In this document: positions 41,241-49,914 of the stretch, in pieces
Layout of the letters: every line of letters starts with the position of its first letter
Position numbering within the stretch: position 1 is the stretch's first letter
Virus record (IMG/VR): IMGVR_UViG_3300032215_000682
Span: 51,637-115,636 of that record
Strand: one strand, 5' to 3'
Source: a virus
Length of the DNA stretch: 64,000 bases
Program-made: the position numbers and the translations under genes
Notes under the pieces: model-generated
Database searches by the model: none
What the model was told of the DNA's origin: nothing
Seen by the model: only the letters and a program-made list of their open reading frames with translations

Positions 41241-41314
41241 TACTTCTTAGTTCAATTGATTAGAGCATCTGACTGTTAATCAGAAGATTATTGGTTCAAA
41301 TCCAATAAAAATAG
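41241..41314 (+). tRNA. tRNA-Asn(GUU) with degenerate acceptor stem
   Basis: Anticodon arm TCTGA-CTGTTAA-TCAGA; D and T arms intact. Acceptor TACTTCT/AAAAATA has two C-A mismatches. Confidence 0.7.
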
Positions 41315-41345
41315 CATTATTTATTAACACACAAAAAACACATTT

Positions 41346-41636
41346 ATGAATAGAAAACAAATTCTCAAACAAGCTTTAATAGCATTTATTTGTAAGTTAA
41401 ATTATACAGATAAAGGATTGTGCTCTTATTTTTATAATATGGGGCATATGAAAATTCATGAGCTTGAAATATTATTTCCTGAAATTTCTATTTATAAACC
41501 TATTAATAATGATAGAATAATAACAACAAATTATTGGTGGGCAAATACTATTCAAAAAGATAAGTCTTTGACAAATCCTTTAAATAGAGAACAAAGAATC
41601 AAAATATTAAAACAATTATATTGTTCTATTAAATAA
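41346..41636 (+). CDS. Hypothetical protein
   Basis: GLC..F...YWW...R..IL pattern seen in small phage proteins. Confidence 0.6.
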   Translation: MNRKQILKQALIAFICKLNYTDKGLCSYFYNMGHMKIHELEILFPEISIYKPINNDRIITTNYWWANTIQKDKSLTNPLNREQRIKILKQLYCSIK

Positions 41637-42676
41637 TTAAAAACATACACAAATGAAAAAAACAATAACACTTACAATTGAAGAAGCTAGAAATTTGTAT
41701 AAAAATGCAAATTTTAACTTTAAAACTAAAATATATGTTTACAGATATAATAACTTGTATATTTCTTTATATCATTAATTATGTAATTAGCCTCATAATT
41801 ACAGCAGGGGATTTCATAAAATCTATATTTTGGTTCATTTTACTTATAAAACAGATAATCAAGATATTAACTAATCTTCTTTTTGTATTTATTAAGATAA
41901 TTTTTGAGTAAATTCTTTAGAATAGATTGTGTTACTTAAATTCTCAGTGTAACATCTGCAAAAAATTTAATACTTTCTATTCTAATCTTATAAAACCCTA
42001 ACTAAACATCAAATTAATAGTAAAAAAATTAGATTTATCACCAAATTTTAAACATATGTTCAGTGAATTTAGAGTTGTAACTACCAACTTAGAAGTAGTG
42101 AGGGTTTTACTTTATATTTTAGAAATGACAAAAGCAGAATAATAACAAATAGTATTGAGGATTTAATTAAAGAATTAGAAATAAAACTAAAACAATGAAC
42201 ATATTTTATTTACAACTGTTATCTAGTTTATTATCAATAGGATTGATAATTTACAATGGAAATATAGAAGATTTTATAGCTAAAAGAAATTATAATTATT
42301 TAATAATAGATATTCTATTTAAAATATTAGCATGGCAAATAGCTTCTTTAATAATTTCTATTATAATCTATTTACTATATTATTCAATAACACATTTAAT
42401 TAACTAAACAATGAAACAACAACCAACATATACATTTCTATTAGCTGTTACAATATATTTTTATACTATAGCTTTAGGATGTATGTATATTTTTTAATAA
42501 AAATTTAAAACACACAAAATGAAATCAAGAGTAAAAAAGAATTTGTACACAGGAAGTTTCAATCTATCTCCTAAAACACCTGAAATACTATTACCTAAAA
42601 AAACTAAAAGAGATGAATATTCTTATTCTAATAAAGGAATAATGGAATTTTTAGGATTTAATAAATAATTATTTCT

Positions 42677-42752
42677 CTTTCCATAGTTCAATTGGATAGA
42701 ATATATTACTTCTAATAATATGATGGAGATTCAAATTCTCCTGGAAAGACCA
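42677..42752 (+). tRNA. tRNA-Arg(UCU), CCA encoded
   Basis: CTTTCCA/TGGAAAG-A-CCA; TATTA-CTTCTAA-TAATA; GGAGA-TTCAAAT-TCTCC. Confidence 0.9.
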
Positions 42753-42779
42753 TTAAAATTAACACACAAAACAAAAAAA

Positions 42780-43541
42780 ATGAAAAAATTACTAGAAGCT
42801 TTAAAAAATCAAAAATTTATTTCTCCTGATTCTAAACAAAAATTTTATTTTATGTCAGGAATTAATAGAGAAATAAATCCAGGACATGTAACTAAAATGG
42901 TAAGTTCTATACAAAAAATGGGTGTGATAAGACCTGTAGTATGTGTAATGACATCTTGTATAGAAAATATAAAGAAACTTTATATAATAGATGGACAACA
43001 TCTTTTTACAGGATGTATAAGAATAGGTTGTGAAATACCTATTATAACACTTTATAGTGAATCTAAAGAAGAAATAATAGAATGGATGGCAGCACTTAAT
43101 AATTCTTCAAAATCATGGTGTTTATTAGATTATATAAAAGTGTGGAAATGTCTTGATGGTAAAGAAGATTATAATGTTCTATTAAACTCTTTTAACACTT
43201 ATGATTTAGAAATAAATATTATAGCTTGTTGTTATAATAATATTCAAATAGGATGTTCTCAATCTAAAATTATTAAAAAGGGAGAATTTAAAATATTAGA
43301 TAGAAAAAAAGGTGATGAAATATTAAAGGATGGTTCTGATTTGTTTTCTGTTTTAAAAGGAAATAGAGAAAGCAGAGATGTTATTAAATATTTTATGACT
43401 GCTTATGTTAAATGGAGATATTCAACATCTTCATATAATCATAGTAAATTTTTAGAATTTCTTAATAAAAATAAGAATGTTTTTGAAAGTTTAGTCAATT
43501 CTCCTAAAGAAACAAATGATTTTTTAAATAAATTTAAATAA
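42780..43541 (+). CDS. ParB/Srx-like N-terminal domain protein
   Basis: NR.IN..HV..M..SI...G...P and YIIDGQH motifs. Start moved to 42780 because the ORF-track start lies inside tRNA-Arg. Confidence 0.75.
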   Translation: MKKLLEALKNQKFISPDSKQKFYFMSGINREINPGHVTKMVSSIQKMGVIRPVVCVMTSCIENIKKLYIIDGQHLFTGCIRIGCEIPIITLYSESKEEIIEWMAALNNSSKSWCLLDYIKVWKCLDGKEDYNVLLNSFNTYDLEINIIACCYNNIQIGCSQSKIIKKGEFKILDRKKGDEILKDGSDLFSVLKGNRESRDVIKYFMTAYVKWRYSTSSYNHSKFLEFLNKNKNVFESLVNSPKETNDFLNKFK

Positions 43542-43678
43542 AAAATTTATGAATGATGATTATATAGATGAATTAGCAGATGGTTTTTTATTATTTGGAG
43601 ATAATAGTCCTGGTGGGATAGTTATTTTTATTATAATATTAATAATCTTTTGTATTTATGAATACACTAAAAATTAAA

Positions 43679-43837
43679 TAACACACTACTATTAGTTAGA
43701 TAATATAGTGGAAGTATAGCGAAAGTTGGGGAATGTTCAAATCATTCCAATAATGTATAACATATTATGAGAAAACAGAAACAATGGTTATATGAATATA
43801 TAGGAACCCTCATAGATATGAGATAAGTGGTGTGTTA
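43679..43837 (+). ncRNA. Candidate multibranch structured RNA with a T-arm-like hairpin
   Basis: 12-bp closing stem TAACACACTACT/AGTGGTGTGTTA, GGAATG-TTCAAAT-CATTCC and a C-GAAA-G loop. Confidence 0.55.
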
Positions 43838-43932
43838 ATGCCTTTTGATAGTTTTGGAACATTAATTTGTTTATGGGGAGGTGATTTAATTTCACCAAAA
43901 AACTATTATTTTTAAAAATTTAAATAAATATT

Positions 43933-44181
43933 ATGAATACTTTAGAAGAAGGAATAAAAATTTTAGAAGATTTACCAATTGGAACTTATAAGTGTTATGA
44001 TAAAAATAATGAATTATTTATTTTTATGAAAGTAAAAAGTCCTCATGATAATGATGAAAGTTTAGATATTTATGCAATAGGTTCAGATGAGCCATATACT
44101 GCTAAAGAAATTTTAAAATTTAATATAATTAATTCAAATTCTGAATTTCATAAATATTTTAATATTGAATTAATAAAATAA
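43933..44181 (+). CDS. Hypothetical protein
   Basis: 82-aa ORF. Confidence 0.55.
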   Translation: MNTLEEGIKILEDLPIGTYKCYDKNNELFIFMKVKSPHDNDESLDIYAIGSDEPYTAKEILKFNIINSNSEFHKYFNIELIK

Positions 44182-44224
44182 ATTATTTATAAAGTTAAAA
44201 AATTTTTTTAAAAATTTTAAAATG

Positions 44225-44621
44225 GGGGGTGAGAAGAATAGATTAGATTGATTAGTTAAATAATTAAGCAAGTGAATGATATTTTACACTTTAAAAATTA
44301 ATATCAAACAATAAATGCAACAGAATTGTCTGCCTTTACCTTTGATGATGCAATGAATTTTGTATCTCAGGATGAGCTTGTAGAAGCTGCTATATAAGAA
44401 ATTATATTGCTGTTCTTGGAAACAGAAGTCTACAAATATAGCTTTTCTTATTTACTTAGAAATAAGATGGTGGAGCACAATCAATATTTGGTTGTCCTAT
44501 TTTTATTAATTTAGTAAAATTAATTATTTGGAATACTAGAATAGTATTATCCTAAGCTTATAATAAATTATTTAATAAACCTTTTTAAGACCTGGCTAGC
44601 ATTATGCCAGCACCTCCACCA
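44225..44621 (+). ncRNA. ssrA: tmRNA (transfer-messenger RNA)
   Basis: GGGGGTG/CACCTCC-A-CCA acceptor with a G3.U pair. Helix TTAAATAATT/AATTATTTAA. Resume context ATAAAT-GCA and tag ORF 44317-44397. 397 nt. Confidence 0.88.
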
Positions 44622-44689
44622 CACATTATATTTTAAGTAGAAGTTAATGCTCAAGCATTAAGGTTTTGGTGCAAATCCAGATAGTGTGT
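44622..44689 (+). ncRNA. tRNA-like RNA with non-canonical anticodon arm
   Basis: CACATTA/TAGTGTG acceptor, mini D arm TTTT-AAGT-AGAA, TTAATG-CTCAAG-CATTAA, T arm TTTGG-TGCAAAT-CCAGA. Confidence 0.55.
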
Positions 44690-44719
44690 CTATTAACAAA
44701 ATAAAATTTAAACAAAAAC

Positions 44720-45862
44720 ATGAATTTAAAATCAAAACTAAACAACTTTTTATTCAATAAGAATAAATATAAAGAACATGATGAAGCAATTATAATATCT
44801 TGCTTTTTTAATCCTCAAAAATCTATTTATAGAATAAATGCTTTTAATCAATTTTATGAATCAATTAAACATCTCAACCATCATATAGTAGAATGTACTA
44901 TTGGAAATGATATTAGGCAATTAGATACTTCTAATAAAAATATTTCACATGTAAAAACAGATGTTTTATTGTGGCATAAAGAATCTCTTTTAAATAAAAT
45001 TATTAAAACACTTCCTGCTAAATATAAATATATTCTTTGGATAGATGCTGATGTAATATTTGAGAATAAAAATTGGATGATAAATGCTGTTGAACAACTT
45101 CAAAAGAATAATATTATTCAATTATTTTCAGATTGTGTACATTTAAATCAATATGAAACTCCTAATAACTTAAATTCTGATTTTAAAGATCAATGGAGTA
45201 AAAGATCATTTCCAATTAATAATAAAAGAATATGGAATTCATTTGCTTATAATTGGGTGTTTAATAGAATATTGGCAAAATCTGAAAACTATGATATACA
45301 TGGACATGTAGGATTTGCTTGGGGAGCTAAAAGAGAAGTATTAGAAAAATGTCCTTTATATGATAGAGCACTAATTGGTGGGGCAGATCATATAATGGCT
45401 CATGCTTGTGTAAATCAAATTCCTTGTTCTTGTATAACAAAATCTTTTACAGATGATATAGATGAAGTGAGCAAATGGTCTAAACAATTCTATTATGCTT
45501 GTGAAGGTAAATTAGGAGTTGTAAGTGGTACATTATATCATATTTGGCATGGAGATATTCAAAAAAGAGAATATTTAAAAAGAATTAAAGAGTTTACACC
45601 TCAAACTAAGCATATTACTAAAAAAGATAATAATGGTTTATACACTACAACTAATAAACAGGCTTTACATTATGTAAATGATTATTTTGATAGAAGAGAA
45701 ACAGGACATGATAGTGATTTTCTTACATCAATGGTTTTAGGATATATAACAGATATGCCTTTTATAGGTAATAATACATTAGGAAGTATGATAGGAGCTG
45801 AATTGAGAGATGCTTCCAACAATAATTCTACAAATATAGTAGATTTTCAAAATTTTTCTTGA
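44720..45862 (+). CDS. GT-A-fold glycosyltransferase-like protein
   Basis: WHKE.LLN, WIDADVIF (DxD), GFAWG, GGADH and HIWHG motifs. Confidence 0.6.
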   Translation: MNLKSKLNNFLFNKNKYKEHDEAIIISCFFNPQKSIYRINAFNQFYESIKHLNHHIVECTIGNDIRQLDTSNKNISHVKTDVLLWHKESLLNKIIKTLPAKYKYILWIDADVIFENKNWMINAVEQLQKNNIIQLFSDCVHLNQYETPNNLNSDFKDQWSKRSFPINNKRIWNSFAYNWVFNRILAKSENYDIHGHVGFAWGAKREVLEKCPLYDRALIGGADHIMAHACVNQIPCSCITKSFTDDIDEVSKWSKQFYYACEGKLGVVSGTLYHIWHGDIQKREYLKRIKEFTPQTKHITKKDNNGLYTTTNKQALHYVNDYFDRRETGHDSDFLTSMVLGYITDMPFIGNNTLGSMIGAELRDASNNNSTNIVDFQNFS

Positions 45863-46084
45863 AATAAAATTTAAACAAAATGATAAAAATTAAAAATTGG
45901 CTTTGGTAATAAATATAAATATTTATAAAGAAGACAATAATTAAATAGTTCTTTTAAATAAATTTATGAAAACAAAACAAAATTCTATGCCATGATGTTT
46001 AGTAAAAAGGATTTACTTTTAGAGCAAGAATAAAAACATCTGATATATGTGTTATATATTAAAACAATTTAAAAAAGTAAAAAA

Positions 46085-46450
46085 ATGACAACAGTAACAA
46101 GGATCACAAACTTTTCAGGTAAAGGTGGTGAAGTAAATGCAGACAAAAATGGTAAAAATCCAGTTTACCTGACATACATTAAAGGTGATGCAATTCCTGA
46201 TAGGGCAAGAGTACTTAGTGGTACAATAGCTGAAAATCTTGGATTAGAAGTGGGCAAGACATATCTTATTAACACTACAGAAGGTGTTGAAGATGCAGTT
46301 TATGGTAAACAATATACACATACAGTGGTAACAGAAATGTCTGGTGCTGATTTGCTTGGATTGTTTGCTAAAGAACTTAGTAAAACAGTTAAATCTTCTG
46401 TAACAGTAGAAGAAAAACAACAAGTACATCAAGGAGGTGGGCTTGATTAA
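46085..46450 (+). CDS. Hypothetical protein
   Basis: 121 aa, followed by a terminator. Confidence 0.7.
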   Translation: MTTVTRITNFSGKGGEVNADKNGKNPVYLTYIKGDAIPDRARVLSGTIAENLGLEVGKTYLINTTEGVEDAVYGKQYTHTVVTEMSGADLLGLFAKELSKTVKSSVTVEEKQQVHQGGGLD

Positions 46451-46477
46451 TTAACAATTTGAGAAATTGAGATCATT

Positions 46478-46521
46478 AGAGAGAGCATAAGGATCTATTA
46501 TTCTTGTGTTCTTTCTTTTTT
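46478..46521 (+). terminator. Intrinsic terminator
   Basis: AGAGAGAGCATAAGGAT/ATTCTTGTGTTCTTTCT stem with G.U pairs followed by a U-tract. Confidence 0.6.
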
Positions 46522-46526
46522 ATTAT

Positions 46527-46598
46527 GGAGTTTATAGTTCAATGGTAGAATAATTAATTGTGGTTTAATAGATTTATGTTCAACTCATAATAAACTCC
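46527..46598 (+). tRNA. tRNA-His(GUG)
   Basis: G-1 plus GAGTTTA/TAAACTC-C; ATTAA-TTGTGGT-TTAAT; TTATG-TTCAACT-CATAA. Confidence 0.85.
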
Positions 46599-46617
46599 CT
46601 TAAAAAATTAAAATAAA

Positions 46618-47256
46618 ATGAAACAAAAAATAATTGGAATTCCTGCTTATTCTGGTAAGGAAATCTTTGGATGTGGATTGGGCTACTTGGATTGGATTAG
46701 CCAATTTGGTATTCCAAGACTTATATTTCCTAAAGAAGAATTTGTTAAAGGATTGGATATGTTATTTCTCCCAGGAGGCCCTGATCTTAATCCCACTTCA
46801 TACAATGCTATACCTGAATTCTACACAAACTCTCCATGTATTCATAGGCAATTCTTTTATGATATAAGACTTAAAAATTATATTGGAAAGGTTCCTATAT
46901 TTGGAACTTGCCTTGGGTTTCAAATGTTGAATTGTTTTTTTTCAGGAAAACTTGAGCAGGATATTTCTCACTACGTGGACAAAGATGGATGTCATGAAAT
47001 TTATGACATGGAGTATAAATTAATAAAAGCACTACCAAAAGATAAAGAAGGAATTAAAGTGACAAGTTCACATCATCAAGGATTTAAAATAAATAATCTT
47101 GGAGAAAATCTAACACCATTAGCTCAAAGTGCAGAAGGATATATAGAAAGAATGGAGAATACACATTTAAATATAGCAGGAGTGCAAAGTCACCCTGAAA
47201 GATTAGAAGATGAATGGAGTGTAAATAAAATTAATGAATTTTTAAAAATTAAATAA
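46618..47256 (+). CDS. Class I glutamine amidotransferase / peptidase C26
   Basis: LPGGPD, PIFGTCLGFQ (nucleophile Cys), S.HHQG and GVQSHPE (His-Glu). Confidence 0.88.
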   Translation: MKQKIIGIPAYSGKEIFGCGLGYLDWISQFGIPRLIFPKEEFVKGLDMLFLPGGPDLNPTSYNAIPEFYTNSPCIHRQFFYDIRLKNYIGKVPIFGTCLGFQMLNCFFSGKLEQDISHYVDKDGCHEIYDMEYKLIKALPKDKEGIKVTSSHHQGFKINNLGENLTPLAQSAEGYIERMENTHLNIAGVQSHPERLEDEWSVNKINEFLKIK

Positions 47257-47513
47257 TGCTTACAATAATAATTAATAATGATATATGGAAAATGCCTGAT
47301 GATGAATCTTGGCATATATTTTTAATAAAAGTTGCTCCAACTGAATCACAAGTTGTATTTATGAGATGTGCTTGTAATAATAAATCTGTACATTGTACAT
47401 CATCTGAAAAACTAGCACAAGAAATAGTGCAAGAAATTACAAAAGGTATAATGGAAGGAAAAACTATTATAAATATTCAAACAAAAGAGAATTTAATTGT
47501 TGAAACTAAATAA
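47256..47513 (+). CDS. Hypothetical protein
   Basis: 85 aa, translationally coupled. Confidence 0.55.
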   Translation: MLTIIINNDIWKMPDDESWHIFLIKVAPTESQVVFMRCACNNKSVHCTSSEKLAQEIVQEITKGIMEGKTIINIQTKENLIVETK

Positions 47514-47519
47514 TAATAA

Positions 47520-48362
47520 ATGATAAGAACTGTTATTAAATACACAGATAATAAAATATTATTAAATGATGCTGAAGTGTTTGAAACTTCTAAAGAATTA
47601 TTTCCTGGTATATATGAAATAGAAACTGACACTTATGGGGCTTTTAAAAATTTTGTATCATTAGAAATACCTAAAGCATTTCCATTGATGCCCTCAGATG
47701 AATTACAAAACTTAGAAGACTATATAAATAATTTTTTATCTGATGATTATGAAAATTTGTGTAAAGAAGCAAGAATTTTAAAAAAATCAGGTATATTATT
47801 ATATGGTAAGCAAGGAATTGGTAAATCTAATTATATTAATTATATTATAAATAAGTGTCTAGAAGAAAAACAAGCATGTATTTTTAGTTGCACTGGTTTA
47901 AGAGATGTACAACAAGTAAATGATAAGTTAAAGGAATTAAGAAATATACAAAATACTTTGTTTGTAGTGTTATTAGAAGAAATGGATGAAATATTAAACA
48001 GCAATGCAAATCCAGAAGGTACATTAAAAAATTTTATGGATGGTATTAATAGTGTTGATAATTGTTTATTTTTAGCTACAACTAATTATATAGATAAAAT
48101 ACCAAAATCTTTAACTGAAAGACCTTCTAGATTTAAGAAAGTGTTGGAAATAAAACCAACAGAAAATATAGAAGAGTTAAAAAAATGGCTTACTATTACA
48201 TATAAAAATTTTATACCAGATTTAAGTAATGAAGAATGTGAACATTTACATGATATGTGTATAAATAAATCTATTGATGAAATTAAACATATTATTATAG
48301 ATTATAAAATGGGAATTGAAAATTTAGAAAAACCAAAAAAACTAGGATTTAAAAAACAATAA
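47520..48362 (+). CDS. AAA+ ATPase
   Basis: GILLYGKQGIGKS, LEEMD, ATTN and RPSRF. Confidence 0.85.
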   Translation: MIRTVIKYTDNKILLNDAEVFETSKELFPGIYEIETDTYGAFKNFVSLEIPKAFPLMPSDELQNLEDYINNFLSDDYENLCKEARILKKSGILLYGKQGIGKSNYINYIINKCLEEKQACIFSCTGLRDVQQVNDKLKELRNIQNTLFVVLLEEMDEILNSNANPEGTLKNFMDGINSVDNCLFLATTNYIDKIPKSLTERPSRFKKVLEIKPTENIEELKKWLTITYKNFIPDLSNEECEHLHDMCINKSIDEIKHIIIDYKMGIENLEKPKKLGFKKQ

Positions 48363-48365
48363 TAT

Positions 48366-49226
48366 ATGATAAAAATAACTAATATAGGATGTGATCCCGA
48401 ATTTTTCATTCAATCTCAAGGAAAACATATTTGTGCTATTCCATATTTAGGAGGAGCATGTAAAGAACTTCTATTTCCAATGATGGAAAATAACATAATT
48501 AAAGAAGGATTTTTCTTTTGTCATGATAGAGCTTCTGTTGAATTTAATGTACCTCCTACAATGGATTTTAAGACATTTAGAGATCAATTAAATTATGCTA
48601 AACAGTTTATATTGCATCTGGTTAATAATGACTACAATGGCCCTAAAATTGAAATCTCAGAGGATGCTAGTGCTTTCTTTAATTGGGATGAACTAACAAA
48701 TCCTAAAGCTTTAGAAGTGGGATGTCATCCATCATGGAATGCTTGGACTAATTCTCAGAATAAATTAACAAAAGATTTAGAAAAATCTAATTTTCAGTGT
48801 GCGGCTTTTCACTGGCACCTTGAATGTGATTTTGGTTGTGATGATAAATTTCATCTCATGATGGCTTGTATTAGAGCATTTGACTTATTTTTAGGTGTTC
48901 CTTCTGTAATGATGGATAATGACTTATGGAGGAAAGATTCAGGCTATGGACTTGCAGGTCAATTTAGAGAAATGTTAGATAAAAACAGATTTGAATATCG
49001 TGTTTTGTCTAATTTTATTCTATTTGATGATGTAGCATTAGAATTTATGTGGAATCAAATGTTTAAAGCTATTGATTATGTTAATGAATTTGATATAATT
49101 ACAGGTGAATTAGGAGATAGAATACAAAAATGTATTAACACTTCTGATAAAATATTAGCTTATGAAATTTGTAAAGAGTTTAAAATTGAAATTCCTGTAA
49201 ATGAAAAAGTATTAACTAATGAATAA
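48366..49226 (+). CDS. phiEco32-like COOH-NH2 ligase type 2
   Basis: IGCDPEFF, D...VEFN.PP, GC.P..NAW, H.H, YG.AG.FR and EYRVLSNF. Confidence 0.8.
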   Translation: MIKITNIGCDPEFFIQSQGKHICAIPYLGGACKELLFPMMENNIIKEGFFFCHDRASVEFNVPPTMDFKTFRDQLNYAKQFILHLVNNDYNGPKIEISEDASAFFNWDELTNPKALEVGCHPSWNAWTNSQNKLTKDLEKSNFQCAAFHWHLECDFGCDDKFHLMMACIRAFDLFLGVPSVMMDNDLWRKDSGYGLAGQFREMLDKNRFEYRVLSNFILFDDVALEFMWNQMFKAIDYVNEFDIITGELGDRIQKCINTSDKILAYEICKEFKIEIPVNEKVLTNE

Positions 49227-49511
49227 AAAAATTGTATTAATACCAATAATACTTGTATGTACAATGTTTCTATTACATGATGCTAATAATTCTCCTTTAA
49301 CAAGAGATTGGATGTTATTTGTTGTATTAGAACTTTGTTTACAAATATTAATAAAAGAAAAATAAAATGAAATATACAAGAAAAAAATATTCAGATGTAC
49401 AAATTTATGTAGAATTTGAAGATTATTCTATAGATGAAGATGGAAGTTTTATAATCAAACTACATTAACAAAAATTAGAGAAAAATTGAATAATAATTAA
49501 AAACAAAAAAA

Positions 49512-49778
49512 ATGAGAATATCAAAAGAAGAAGCATTAGAAAAAATGCAAAACAATAAAGGAAGATTTTTTACAGTGGAATTCACTACTAAAAAAGATAA
49601 CACTGTTAGAAGAATGAATTGTCAGTATCTTTCAGGACAAAAAGTTTCAAAGCTTGGACTTGTAAAAGTAAAAGAATGTTCTAAAATGAAGAAAACCCCA
49701 GATAATTGTATTAGGAATTTTTATATAGGAAACCTAATAGAATTAAAAATTAATGGTGAAGAGTGTAAAATTAAATAA
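49512..49778 (+). CDS. Sm/SH3-like beta-barrel protein
   Basis: GRFFTVEF..KKD..VR.MNC motif. Confidence 0.55.
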   Translation: MRISKEEALEKMQNNKGRFFTVEFTTKKDNTVRRMNCQYLSGQKVSKLGLVKVKECSKMKKTPDNCIRNFYIGNLIELKINGEECKIK

Positions 49779-49914
49779 TGAAAAATTTTAAAGATTTTTT
49801 CAGAATAATATTAGTGCTATGTGCAACATATTTAATGTTACATAATATTGATGGTTGGGGATGGTTGATATTTACTTTAATATTAACTTTTTGAATTTAA
49901 TTAAACAATTCTCA

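Noticed and set aside
42720-42779. ORF-track N-terminal extension of the ParB-like gene
   Set aside because: It overlaps tRNA-Arg. The ATG at 42780 after an A-rich leader is the plausible start.
43679-43837. Minimal RNase P RNA (GGAAGT and ACAGAA-like words)
   Set aside because: I could not build the P4 pairing, and the element is too short.
44622-44689. Opal suppressor or tRNA-Sec call from the TCA in the loop
   Set aside because: The loop is not a 7-nt anticodon loop, there is no long variable arm and there is no evidence of TGA read-through.
38500-46600. CRISPR array or self-cleaving ribozymes among the non-coding elements
   Set aside because: No regularly spaced direct repeats, and I recognised no hammerhead, twister or pistol core.
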